A stretch of DNA of 64,000 nucleotides, from NCBI GenBank assembly GCA_004558185.1, contig SFDP01000024.1:9362-73361 (forward strand), in the 5' to 3' direction. The position numbers and the translations under genes are program-made. Below are positions 39,214 through 48,285 of this stretch, one piece after another. Below the pieces are notes generated by a model. The model did no database searches. It worked only from the letters and a program-made list of their open reading frames with translations, and had not been told where the DNA came from. The stretch is from Lachnospiraceae bacterium. Its GTDB lineage: Bacteria; Bacillota; Clostridia; Lachnospirales; Lachnospiraceae. The stretch's first letter is position 1. Every line of letters starts with the position of its first letter.

Positions 39214-40757
39214 CAGCGTACTTTTCTTTCCAAAATCTTCCCATTTTGGGCAGCCCCCAGTCCCAATGCAGTGGTATCCTGTAAAACCGCTTCTCCCTTA
39301 TCCAGCTTATCCATTTCTGAGCGTTTTACCAGATAGCCGGTAATACGAATAACATCACTGTCACTGCTATAGAAGGATAAATAACGTATATCCCGCTTAA
39401 AGGCTCCTTTAACAATATCCAGAACATATTCCGGATTTTTGTGTACCGTAAGATCAATGGGGAAAATATCTCCGGTGCCGGAAGGAAAATACCGGTGAAA
39501 TTTGCTGATGACCAGCAGCTGTTCAACCAGCTCTTTTGGCTCCTCTCCAATGGGAATTCTGGTTCCCGGGCTAATGCCCTTGTCCTCAGCTATTCCCACC
39601 TGGGCATGGAGAAGAAAATGGTTTTCTGTAACCTCGCAATATGGATTACAATGATTGCGATTAAAGGTATCAATAATATCCATAATCTCTACACCCAACT
39701 GATTGGCATATTCATCATGGCCAAAGCGTTCCTGCCTGCCCTCCTTTTCCAGGAGAGTATTCACGCATTCTGCCAAACCTACCAGGCCAAACATGGCCGT
39801 AAATCGATCTCTATGGATAAAGCCTTCTTTTGCCAGAAAATTATTTTCAAAAAATCCACTTTCCTCCACCTCGAAACGGATTCGTTGGTCCATATAGGCA
39901 GCCATGATTTCCATTACACAGGGAAGCTCTTTCTCCATAAACTGCCGGATATTCTCTGCCCGCTTTGCGATGTTGGAGAGAATAAGCCGACAAAGGGTAT
40001 AAGCCCCTCCACCTAAGGGAAGGCCGTTATAACAGCTTGCAATTACATATCTCTCACTCAATTCATTCCTGAACATTCTGTCATTGGCAAAGCTGGGCTT
40101 TGCACTGTGCAGAGCACATTCTACCGCTTTGAGTGCAAAGTCATCCTCCGTTATCCCCTCTTCATATTTCAGGGTAAGATTCGGTACGGCCTGCTCAAGC
40201 TGCTGCTCTACCTCCAGAATCAGTCTTCCCGCTTTTGTACTTTTAGGCCCGATATTGGCATGAGAAAAGGAATCCAGGATAGTCCTGTCCATATGGACAA
40301 AGAACAGCTTCAGGAGCTTCTTTGCCTCATCCTCAGTAACCGTATCGATATAGGGCTCCAGAAGAGTATCAAGCTGCCCGGTATAAACGGGGAAATTGGT
40401 TACACTGGGAACGTGCTTGTAAAAAATCAACAAATGGTTTAATACTTCATACAGATCCCTGGGTGGCTCCAACTGCAGAAATTTACTTCCCTCTCTTAAA
40501 AACTTTTCATAGTCAGGGATAATATACCGGGGGCGCAAAGGAGCATTTCCTTCTGCCAGATCACAGATACACTTTTCTCCATTTTCAGGCTCCAGAAGTT
40601 CCTTCAGTCCCTCCGGTAAATCAAGAACCTCTAAAAGTGAGTCCGCTGCTATGGCAAGATTAGCTACCTTCTGCTCATGCGTCAGCACAGGACTTTGGAT
40701 TATTCCCAATATCCTTTCTCTGGTCTCTTCTACTCTTTCCATTGATATTTTTCTCAT
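39213..40757 (-). CDS. yjjI: short (YjjI-family, DUF3029-like) glycyl radical enzyme
   Basis: 514 aa from MRKISMERVEE (GGGAGG-5 nt-ATG). Glycyl-radical fingerprint SDVIRITGYLVK lies about 40 aa from the C-terminus. Candidate thiyl loop VIASCYNGLPLGGG. The size and the coupled activase match the YjjI/YjjW pair. Confidence 0.75.
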   Translation of the reverse strand: MRKISMERVEETRERILGIIQSPVLTHEQKVANLAIAADSLLEVLDLPEGLKELLEPENGEKCICDLAEGNAPLRPRYIIPDYEKFLREGSKFLQLEPPRDLYEVLNHLLIFYKHVPSVTNFPVYTGQLDTLLEPYIDTVTEDEAKKLLKLFFVHMDRTILDSFSHANIGPKSTKAGRLILEVEQQLEQAVPNLTLKYEEGITEDDFALKAVECALHSAKPSFANDRMFRNELSERYVIASCYNGLPLGGGAYTLCRLILSNIAKRAENIRQFMEKELPCVMEIMAAYMDQRIRFEVEESGFFENNFLAKEGFIHRDRFTAMFGLVGLAECVNTLLEKEGRQERFGHDEYANQLGVEIMDIIDTFNRNHCNPYCEVTENHFLLHAQVGIAEDKGISPGTRIPIGEEPKELVEQLLVISKFHRYFPSGTGDIFPIDLTVHKNPEYVLDIVKGAFKRDIRYLSFYSSDSDVIRITGYLVKRSEMDKLDKGEAVLQDTTALGLGAAQNGKILERKVR

Positions 40758-40820
40758 CCTTACCTCCCATACCGGCATCCTTTTACCATCATTCTTTATC
40801 CCGTTTATTTGGAAATCTGT

Positions 40821-40851
40821 CCTGAGGCTTTGGACTGACCGCAGCCTCAGG
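40821..40851 (-). other. intercistronic stem-loop between the SBP gene and yjjI
   Basis: CCTGAGGCT-13 nt-AGCCTCAGG with no clear U tract. Could be a partial terminator or an mRNA stabiliser that sets the ratio of SBP to the rest of the operon. Confidence 0.35.
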
Positions 40852-40868
40852 GCAGCTATCCTCTTGGA

Positions 40869-41969
40869 TTAGTCTAATTCATAAACATCGCCGTATGCAG
40901 CTTCAAAGGCATCCTTTGAGTCAGGAACGGTGATTTCACCGGAAATAATTTTTTCCTTAACTTCATTTACCGCAGTAACTACTTCCTCCGGAAGAAGATC
41001 TGTAGTAGGTGCAATATCCACACCTTCATTTGTCAAATCATAAACAGCAACGCCACCCTTCAATGTGCCTTCTGCAAGCTGCGAAACAGTAGAATATACT
41101 GCATTATCAACACGCTTCATTGCAGAGGTAATTACCGTTTCGGGTGCCAGATAGCTCTGGTCACTGTCTACACCGATTGCCATGATTCCTTTGGACTGAC
41201 ATTCAGAGATCACACCGGTACCGGTAGCACCTGCAGCATGGAATACCACGTCAGCGCCATTGGTAACGAAGTTGGTGGTAAGGGTGGTTCCCATTGCCGG
41301 ATCACCAAAATTATTGGCATTACCCTGCTGAATCTTTGCATTAGGGTTAGCATCCAAAACACCTGCACAGTAGCCATAGCCAAACAGATGCATCACATCA
41401 CTTGCCATACCAAGAACGAAACCTACATTGTCCTTTTCGGTCATTAAACCTGCCACATAGCCAACCAGGTAGGAAGCCTGTTCCTGCTTGAAGGTAAGAC
41501 AGGTTACGTTGGCAAGATCTGCACAACTGCTGTCATCAATAATCGCAAAATTTACATCAGGATTAGCTTCTGCTGCTGCTCTGGTAGCATCTGCCAAAAG
41601 GAAGCCTACGCTGATAATCAGGTCATAGTCTTCATCAATAAAGGTTTCAATATTAGGTGCATAATCAGCATCGGTTGAGGAAGAAAGATAGTTTACTTCT
41701 ACCCCGAAGTCCTTTGCTGCCTTCTGTAATCCTTCCCAGGCGGACTGGTTGAAGGACTGATCCTCTACTCCGCCGGTATCTGTTACCAGTCCGATTTTCA
41801 GGCCTTCCCCGGACACTGCAGTATCCGTACCTGCTTCTTCAGTAACTGCACTTTCACTTCCTGTACTTTCGGTACCTGTGTTACCGTTTCCTGTGTTCTG
41901 ACCACCACACGCCACCAGGGAAAGTGCCATGGTAGTAGCCAATACTACTGCCAATAGTTTCTTTTTCAT
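40869..41969 (-). CDS. BMP-family (PnrA/Med-like) nucleoside-binding lipoprotein
   Basis: Lipobox LSLVAC-GG, a G/T/S/E-rich linker, then IGLVTDTGGVEDQSFNQSAWEGL, typical of BMP/PnrA substrate-binding proteins. Confidence 0.88.
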   Translation of the reverse strand: MKKKLLAVVLATTMALSLVACGGQNTGNGNTGTESTGSESAVTEEAGTDTAVSGEGLKIGLVTDTGGVEDQSFNQSAWEGLQKAAKDFGVEVNYLSSSTDADYAPNIETFIDEDYDLIISVGFLLADATRAAAEANPDVNFAIIDDSSCADLANVTCLTFKQEQASYLVGYVAGLMTEKDNVGFVLGMASDVMHLFGYGYCAGVLDANPNAKIQQGNANNFGDPAMGTTLTTNFVTNGADVVFHAAGATGTGVISECQSKGIMAIGVDSDQSYLAPETVITSAMKRVDNAVYSTVSQLAEGTLKGGVAVYDLTNEGVDIAPTTDLLPEEVVTAVNEVKEKIISGEITVPDSKDAFEAAYGDVYELD

Positions 41970-42033
41970 AATTCTTCTTCTCCTTTTTCTTTTTTATTAA
42001 AATGGATAGACTCCAATTTAATCCTTTGATCAA

Positions 42034-42738
42034 CTATTCCGTTTCCAGCTTCATCTGACTGTACTGCTTTCGGTTCATGCAAATTTTCCCGCCTTCCACA
42101 CTGATCCTCTCTTCCTTTTTCAGCTTCTGAATGCTTCGCTGAACGCTTCTGACATGAAAGCCCAGTCTCTCAGCCAACTGTGTCTGTGTTTTCTGCAGTT
42201 TCATCTGTCCCTTGCTGCCATTCTTTTCGTAGGATTCCACCAAATACAGCATTAATCTTTTTTTGCAGTTGGAAAAAAACCATTTGCGTTCACCGGAGGT
42301 CTGATTGCTTAATCCGTTCATCAGATTTTGTGTCCGCATAAATAACGCATTCACATCCTTTTTCATCCATTCCAGATAAACCGCTGAAGGAATAATCAGC
42401 ACCTCTCCGTCTGTAGCCGCCCGTATGGTTGCCCTGTATTCGGAAATACCACCGAAGATTTCAAAATCGCCTACTACGGACATCTGTGGGAATTCCATGA
42501 ACAGATAGACACTTCCTACCAAAGGTAAATCCAGGCCTATGGCCTTTCCCTTGATTATGATATAAACGTATCTGCTGGGAGCAGCGCTCTGAATCAGCAC
42601 CTCATCTCTCACCATCCGGGTATGCTTAATTGTGGAAATCACCTCATCCGGACAGTTTTCGAACAGACGACAGAGGTACTTGTGGTCATGCTCCGGCAAC
42701 TGTCCGATAATTTGTAAAAGCTGGTCTTTGGATTTCAT
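42034..42738 (-). CDS. Crp/Fnr-family transcriptional regulator
   Basis: 234 aa with an N-terminal cNMP-binding-like beta-roll and a C-terminal HTH (TQTQLAERLGFHVRSVQRSIQKLKKE). Confidence 0.8.
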   Translation of the reverse strand: MKSKDQLLQIIGQLPEHDHKYLCRLFENCPDEVISTIKHTRMVRDEVLIQSAAPSRYVYIIIKGKAIGLDLPLVGSVYLFMEFPQMSVVGDFEIFGGISEYRATIRAATDGEVLIIPSAVYLEWMKKDVNALFMRTQNLMNGLSNQTSGERKWFFSNCKKRLMLYLVESYEKNGSKGQMKLQKTQTQLAERLGFHVRSVQRSIQKLKKEERISVEGGKICMNRKQYSQMKLETE

Positions 42739-42951
42739 CGTTTTTTTCCTCGTTCATTGTACCTGTTTTATCGCTGATTGTAAAGTTTACTGTCGGTTTC
42801 AGTCAAATCATCTATCTGCTTAAATTGTATCTGTAGAAATACATAAAAAAAACGACACTTGTCATGTTTTTTATGTTTCTATCTTTTCCACAAAAACATC
42901 TAACTATTTCCTGAAATTTCCCCATGTTATTGTTCAATTTTAACAGAAAAC

Positions 42952-43005
42952 AGGCTGCTGTAAAACTGATCATCCAAGCCACAGATTTTCGCTTTACAGC
43001 AGCCT
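42952..43005. terminator. rho-independent terminator after cdd
   Basis: 13-bp perfect stem AGGCTGCTGTAAA...TTTACAGCAGCCT, flanked by T runs on both strands. Begins 4 nt after the cdd stop. Confidence 0.75.
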
Positions 43006-43008
43006 TTT

Positions 43009-43437
43009 TTATGCCAGATTTGCCGGTCCAAATCCTAATGGAAGAAGTTCCTTTAGTGGATAAACATCATATTCTTTTTTATTTTTTGCCAGAATGATCT
43101 CAAACTCTTCCGGGCAGCAAAATTCCATCATTACCTGACGGCAGACTCCGCAGGGAGCTGCGTACTCCGTCAGACTTTCTCCCTTGCCCCCTACCACGCA
43201 GATGGCACGAAACTCCCTGATCCCTTCGCTCACTGCCTTGAAGAAGGCTGTACGCTCTGCACAATTGGAGGGTCCATAGGCCGCATTTTCAATATTACAG
43301 CCGGTATAAATGGTTCCATCTTTTGCCATAAGCGCCGCCCCTACTTTAAATCCCGAATAGGGGGTATAGGAAAAGGCTCGCTGTGCCAGAGCCGTTTCAA
43401 TCAGCTTCTCAATCACATCCTGCTTCAATGCTTCCAT
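43009..43437 (-). CDS. cdd: cytidine deaminase
   Basis: 142 aa with the zinc motifs NCAERTA and PCGVCRQ. Confidence 0.93.
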   Translation of the reverse strand: MEALKQDVIEKLIETALAQRAFSYTPYSGFKVGAALMAKDGTIYTGCNIENAAYGPSNCAERTAFFKAVSEGIREFRAICVVGGKGESLTEYAAPCGVCRQVMMEFCCPEEFEIILAKNKKEYDVYPLKELLPLGFGPANLA

Positions 43438-44209
43438 TCTCTTTCTCCTCCTTAATCAGTTTTCTCAGTGCCTCTACAGCTACCTGGATAGCCAGATCCG
43501 TATCATGAACTACCGGATTCTCCAATCCCTCTTTCTCTCTTTCCTGGTTGGCCACCACGAGGAAGCAGCTCCCCGCACGGACACGAAGATAATTTGCCAC
43601 AATAAACAGCGCTGCTGATTCCATCTCAGAGGCCAGACAGCCCATCCTTTTCCATGCCTCCCATTTGTTTACCAGCTCATAGCTGACCGGCTTAATTTCC
43701 GGCTCATGCTGACCATAGAAAGAATCCTTGCACTGTACCACACCTACATGGTACTGTACCTTTTTATCCTTTGCAGCGGCCACCAACGCATTGGTGATCC
43801 CCAGGTCGGCTACTGCCGGATACTCAATGGGTGCATATTCCTTACTGGTTCCCTCCATGCGGATCGCTCCCGTGGCAATCACCACATCTCCGCTCTTTAC
43901 CTTAAGCTGCATCCCGCCACAGGTACCAATACGAATAAACGTGTCTGCCCCTGACTTCACCAGTTCCTCCATGGCAATGGAAGCTGACGGACCACCGATT
44001 CCGGTGGAGGTCACACTTACCTTCACTCCTTCCAGATAGCCAGTGTAGGTTACATACTCTCTGCTGTCTGCAATCAGCTTTGCATCATCAAAATAGCGGG
44101 CAATTTTCTCACACCGTTTGGGATCCCCGGGCATAATGACATAGCGCCCCACATCTCCCTTACCTACCTGAATATGATACTGTCTACCGGTATCTTCTGA
44201 ATACTTCAT
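43409..44209 (-). CDS. udp: uridine phosphorylase-like PNP/UDP-1 family nucleoside phosphorylase
   Basis: 266 aa from [12 protein letters not shown] (RBS GGAGGG). [40 protein letters not shown]. Overlaps cdd by 29 nt. Confidence 0.85.
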   Translation of the reverse strand: MKYSEDTGRQYHIQVGKGDVGRYVIMPGDPKRCEKIARYFDDAKLIADSREYVTYTGYLEGVKVSVTSTGIGGPSASIAMEELVKSGADTFIRIGTCGGMQLKVKSGDVVIATGAIRMEGTSKEYAPIEYPAVADLGITNALVAAAKDKKVQYHVGVVQCKDSFYGQHEPEIKPVSYELVNKWEAWKRMGCLASEMESAALFIVANYLRVRAGSCFLVVANQEREKEGLENPVVHDTDLAIQVAVEALRKLIKEEKENGSIEAGCD

Positions 44210-44239
44210 AGCCTTATCCCTCCATAGCATTATTTTCCC

Positions 44240-44392
44240 GTAACTATTCAGAACCCCATTCGCAAAATCGCTGCTTGGCAGCTTTCCTTTTGCTCATGTG
44301 GTTACTTCGCCATATAAATGTTCAATGATATGTCCATTCCTGCAAGCAGGATGTTCATTTTATTGAACATTTGCCTGGCTCTGAATAGTTAC
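44240..44392 (-). promoter_or_regulatory. conserved structured 5' leader, copy B (candidate riboswitch or attenuator upstream of udp-cdd)
   Basis: A perfect 12-bp closing helix pairs 44381..44392 with 44240..44251. The core 44245..44319 is near-identical to copy A. The hairpin at 44319..44371 has a different sequence but preserves the pairing and the GCUUGC apex. Confidence 0.6.
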
Positions 44393-44406
44393 ATTTTCTC
44401 TTGTTT

Positions 44407-44415
44407 TTTATACCA
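44407..44415 (-). promoter_or_regulatory. extended -10 promoter element driving leader B
   Basis: The minus strand reads TGgTATAAA about 15 nt upstream of the first conserved leader nucleotide and directly downstream of the terminator of the preceding operon. Confidence 0.45.
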
Positions 44416-44430
44416 TAACACAAATAAAGA

Positions 44431-44467
44431 AAAAAGGACAAATGTCTTTTTTAACAAATGTCCTTTT
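44431..44467 (-). terminator. probable terminator of the amino-acid ABC operon
   Basis: The minus strand has AAAAGGACA...TGTCCTTTT followed by TTCTTTATTT, 12 nt after the ATPase stop. Confidence 0.45.
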
Positions 44468-44478
44468 ATGCTATCTCT

Positions 44479-45219
44479 TTATAACACCTTTGATAAAAAT
44501 TCCCTGAGTCTGGGATTTTCGGGATGTTCAAAAAATTCTCCCGGTGTATTTTCCTCTTTGATCTGTCCCTCATCAATAAACATGACCCGGGTTCCCACCT
44601 CCTTGGCAAAGCCCATTTCATGAGTGACTACAGCCATGGTCATGCCCTGTCCGGCCAGGTCTCGCATTACGGCCAGTACCTCTCCTACCATCTCCGGATC
44701 CAATGCACTGGTAGGCTCATCAAAAAGCATAACATCAGGGTTCATGCACAGGGAACGAACGATGGCGATTCTCTGCTTCTGCCCACCGGACAGTTGGGAA
44801 GGGTAAGCATGAGCCTTTTCCTCTAGTCCAACCCTTTTCAATAATTCCACGGCCTGACTTTCGGCCTCCTCTTTGGACTTTTTCAGCAGCTTAATGGGTG
44901 CAAGAGTCATATTCTGGAGAATCGTTTTATGAGGAAAAAGATTAAAGTGCTGGAACACCATTCCAATCTTCTGACGGTACTTATTAATATTGCATTTGGG
45001 ATCGGTAATGTTTAAGCCTTCAAAGCAGATGCTTCCTCCGGTAGGCTCCTCCAAAAGATTCAGTGACCGCAGAAAGGTGGACTTACCGGAGCCTGAGGGC
45101 CCTACGATTACCACTACCTCGCCCTGGTAGATATTGGTGGAAATATGATCCAGAACCAGATGATCCCCAAAGGATTTGCATAAATCCTTAATCTCGAATA
45201 AAGCCGTTCTATCTTGCAT
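44479..45219 (-). CDS. polar amino-acid ABC transporter ATPase (GlnQ/HisP-like)
   Basis: Walker [10 protein letters not shown], signature [11 protein letters not shown], Walker [12 protein letters not shown]. Confidence 0.92.
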   Translation of the reverse strand: MQDRTALFEIKDLCKSFGDHLVLDHISTNIYQGEVVVIVGPSGSGKSTFLRSLNLLEEPTGGSICFEGLNITDPKCNINKYRQKIGMVFQHFNLFPHKTILQNMTLAPIKLLKKSKEEAESQAVELLKRVGLEEKAHAYPSQLSGGQKQRIAIVRSLCMNPDVMLFDEPTSALDPEMVGEVLAVMRDLAGQGMTMAVVTHEMGFAKEVGTRVMFIDEGQIKEENTPGEFFEHPENPRLREFLSKVL

Positions 45220-45910
45220 CGGTTCTCAGCCTCCTTTCCAGTTTTCCCACACCGAAGCTGAGGCAGGATACGATTACCAGATAAATGGCTGCTGCCGCCA
45301 GCAGAGGAAGCAATGGCTCATAGGTCTGACTTCTGATGGTATTGGCACCATGGGTAATGTCCGTCAGTGCAATATAACCACAGATCGAGGTTTCCTTTAA
45401 CAGCGTGATAAATTCATTGGCCAGAGCAGGCAATACGTTTTTAAAGGCCTGAGGCGTAATAATATACCACATGGTCTGAGCATAACCAAAGCCCAAGCTG
45501 CGGCCGGCCTCAAACTGGCCCTGATCAATGGACATGATTCCAGAGCGGAAAATCTCTGCCACATAGGCTCCCGAGTTAATTCCGAAGGATAAAATCGCTA
45601 CAAACTGCTTGCTGACATTCGGACTGGCAAAAATAATATAGTACATGATCAATAGCTGAATCATGGCCGGGGTTCCCCGGATTACCGTCAGGTAGAGCTT
45701 ACACACCCAGTCCAAAATCCTTAACAGAATATTTTTGCTGCCGCTTTTATCTGCTGTAGAACGAACCAGAGCAACCAAGAAGCCTAAGGCCACACCCAGA
45801 AGGATGGCAAATATGGTTACGGTAAAGGTAGTTCCCAAACCGTTGGTAATGTACCTCCACCGATTATCCTCTATAAAATTCAAATAAAATTTTTGTTTAA
45901 ATTCTTCCAT
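45209..45910 (-). CDS. polar amino-acid ABC transporter permease (HisM/GlnP-like)
   Basis: 233 aa with 5 TM helices and the EAA-type loop [20 protein letters not shown]. Confidence 0.9.
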   Translation of the reverse strand: MEEFKQKFYLNFIEDNRWRYITNGLGTTFTVTIFAILLGVALGFLVALVRSTADKSGSKNILLRILDWVCKLYLTVIRGTPAMIQLLIMYYIIFASPNVSKQFVAILSFGINSGAYVAEIFRSGIMSIDQGQFEAGRSLGFGYAQTMWYIITPQAFKNVLPALANEFITLLKETSICGYIALTDITHGANTIRSQTYEPLLPLLAAAAIYLVIVSCLSFGVGKLERRLRTDAR

Positions 45911-45915
45911 AATTC

Positions 45916-46710
45916 CTACTTACCACGCACAACGATCACCTGGGTGGCCGTTGTATAAGAATCAGAGAAATCTACACTCAACAGACGATCCTCAGTTACC
46001 GTCATTCCTGCTACGCCAATATCTGCTTTCCCGCTGGTGACAGCATTAATGATGGAATCAAACTCCATATCTTCAATCTTTAATTCCATACCTAAAATAT
46101 CACACACCGCCTGAGCCATATCTGCATCAATTCCTACGATCACCTGATTCTCATAGTACTCATAAGGCTCAAACGCTGCATTGGTAGCCATAACCAGAGT
46201 TCCGTTGGTACGCTGTACATCTGCGGGCGATTCATAAGGGAATTTACCCTTGGTATCATCACCGATATAGTTGGAAATAATCTGATCCAAAGTTCCATTG
46301 GCCTTAAGTTCGGCTAAAGCACCATTGATTTTTTCTTTTAATTCACTATTTTCCTTTGAAATACAGATGGCATACTCCTCCAGTGCAAATTCCTCCTCCA
46401 GAATCTTTAAGTCAGAATTCTTTTTTACAAAAGCAATAGCCGGCTGCTCATCAATAATGACACAGTCTACCTTCCCCTGCTTTAAAGCCTGAATGGCATC
46501 TGCCCCTTTATTATAACGTTCAATAGTGGAACCTTCCTCTTCATAATCACTGGCATAAATATCTCCGGTAGTACCTAACTGTACGCCAATCGTTTTACCG
46601 GGCAAATCATCTACCGAGTTAACGGTATTGGCAGGCACATTGGATCCTCCACAGGCTGTCAGCCCAAAAACCATGGCCGACATCATCAAGCTGACAATTA
46701 ATTTTTTCAT
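45916..46710 (-). CDS. polar amino-acid ABC substrate-binding lipoprotein
   Basis: Lipobox GLTAC-GG. Family-3 SBP pattern (...DIGVAGMTVTEDR...). Start at MKKLIV with RBS GGAGGG. Confidence 0.88.
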   Translation of the reverse strand: MKKLIVSLMMSAMVFGLTACGGSNVPANTVNSVDDLPGKTIGVQLGTTGDIYASDYEEEGSTIERYNKGADAIQALKQGKVDCVIIDEQPAIAFVKKNSDLKILEEEFALEEYAICISKENSELKEKINGALAELKANGTLDQIISNYIGDDTKGKFPYESPADVQRTNGTLVMATNAAFEPYEYYENQVIVGIDADMAQAVCDILGMELKIEDMEFDSIINAVTSGKADIGVAGMTVTEDRLLSVDFSDSYTTATQVIVVRGK

Positions 46711-46815
46711 GTTTCCCTCCATTTTGCTGTATGAACAGCACCATAATCATTCTTTACGCATATTTATACATTACTTGTCCATCATAGCACTATTTCCCAA
46801 AAATGCAACAATAAT

Positions 46816-47346
46816 TTACAAACTCTTCCCATATTCCAGCACATTTTCCAATGTATCTTCCCCATAGAGAGTTATGGTCATTACCATTATCATATCATCT
46901 ATACGACGCAGATAAAAATGCTGTCTTGCCTTGGTTTCTTCCACCTGCGCCGTAAAGCAATAATATACTTCCTGATAGAGCTCGGCTTCTTCCGCCTCCG
47001 TACAGCTATAGGTATATTCTTTGGAGGTCATGAGCTTTTCCCGATATAGCCGGACATAATCCTCCATTCGAATCAGGGTGCCTCCTTTGATGGCAGTCAA
47101 ATCCTCATACTGAATTCTAATGCTGCTTCCGGTTAAGGTATTTTCAGCCAGCAGCCCTGTCTCCTCTCCCCCTTTACTATCCTCTGGAGCGTTCTCCCAG
47201 ACAGTCCATTCCTGTGGAAGGGTAAACTGAATATTGGCCGCCTTACTGGTTCCTTCATGAACCTGAGTTTGAGCCTTGCGGCTCTGATTACTGCAGCCGG
47301 ACAGCAGAATGATGCCAATTAGAATTAGATAACCGATTTTCTTCAT
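46816..47346 (-). CDS. hypothetical lipoprotein
   Basis: 176 aa with lipobox LLSGC-S. No recognisable domain. Confidence 0.55.
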   Translation of the reverse strand: MKKIGYLILIGIILLSGCSNQSRKAQTQVHEGTSKAANIQFTLPQEWTVWENAPEDSKGGEETGLLAENTLTGSSIRIQYEDLTAIKGGTLIRMEDYVRLYREKLMTSKEYTYSCTEAEEAELYQEVYYCFTAQVEETKARQHFYLRRIDDMIMVMTITLYGEDTLENVLEYGKSL

Positions 47347-47358
47347 TGCTTTTATCCT

Positions 47359-48213
47359 TTAATCATATGATGTTGGGGGCAAAAGGTGCTGGTACACCTC
47401 TCTCTTGCTGATGCCCCGATCCTTTGCCACCAGCCGCATTGCCTCCTTACGCTCTATCCCCTGCTCCTCATAATACTCCATATGCTCCTTAATGGAAAGA
47501 GCCTGCCAGCCTGCCCTTTGCTCATTTTGTCTGTCATAGAGACTTCTTCCCTCTACCACCAGTACATATTCCCCTCGGGGTTCATTTTCTTCGTAGTAGT
47601 CTATGGCTTTCTCTAAGGTAGTCGGAAATATGGTTTCAAATTTTTTAGTCAATTCCCGGCACAGGGTAATTCGGCGATTTCCCAAGACCCCCTCCAGCTC
47701 CTTTAAGGTCTGCTTCAAATGATGAGGGGCTTCATAGAGGATGATGGTTCGGCTCTCCAGCTTCAATTCCTCCAGAATTGCTTTTTTCTCTTTTTTATCC
47801 GCTGGAAGAAAGCCTTCAAAACAAAACCGCCTGGCAGGCAGGCCGGAAAGGGTAAGTGCAGTAATGCAGGCTGCAGCTCCCGGCAATGAGGTAACGGGAA
47901 TCCCCTCCTCCTGACACCTTGCTACCAAAACCTCACCGGGATCAGAAATGGCGGGGGTACCCGCATCGGTGATCAGTGCGATCCTTTTTCCTGCCCGAAG
48001 GTGTCCAAGCAGTACCTCTGCCTTTTCATATTTGTTATGCTCATGATAGCTGGTCATGGGTGTTCTTATCTGAAAATGGTTTAACAGGCGAATACTGTTT
48101 CTGGTATCCTCTGCGGCAATTAAATCTGCCTCTCTAAGGCATTCAACGACCCGGGGCGTCATGTCCCCCAGATTTCCTATTGGAGTAGCACATAAAAAAA
48201 GCTGTCCTGTCAT
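47359..48213 (-). CDS. rsmI: 16S rRNA (cytidine1402-2'-O)-methyltransferase
   Basis: LFLCATPIGNLGDMTPR, IAAEDTR, TDAGTPAISDPG. Start at MTGQLF (RBS GGGAGGG). Confidence 0.92.
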   Translation of the reverse strand: MTGQLFLCATPIGNLGDMTPRVVECLREADLIAAEDTRNSIRLLNHFQIRTPMTSYHEHNKYEKAEVLLGHLRAGKRIALITDAGTPAISDPGEVLVARCQEEGIPVTSLPGAAACITALTLSGLPARRFCFEGFLPADKKEKKAILEELKLESRTIILYEAPHHLKQTLKELEGVLGNRRITLCRELTKKFETIFPTTLEKAIDYYEENEPRGEYVLVVEGRSLYDRQNEQRAGWQALSIKEHMEYYEEQGIERKEAMRLVAKDRGISKREVYQHLLPPTSYD

Positions 48214-48285
48214 AATCCCTCCCTTTTGCCGGTTGGTATTGCTTTTTGACAGTATAACAGCTTTTTTTCTTAAACTCAAATGCTT

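Noticed and set aside
41970-42033. TTGATCAA in the crp-bmpA intergenic region, considered as an Fnr/Crp box.
   Set aside because: It lacks the N4 or N6 spacer of TTGAT-N4-ATCAA and TGTGA-N6-TCACA sites. An 8-mer palindrome in AT-rich DNA is not sufficient.
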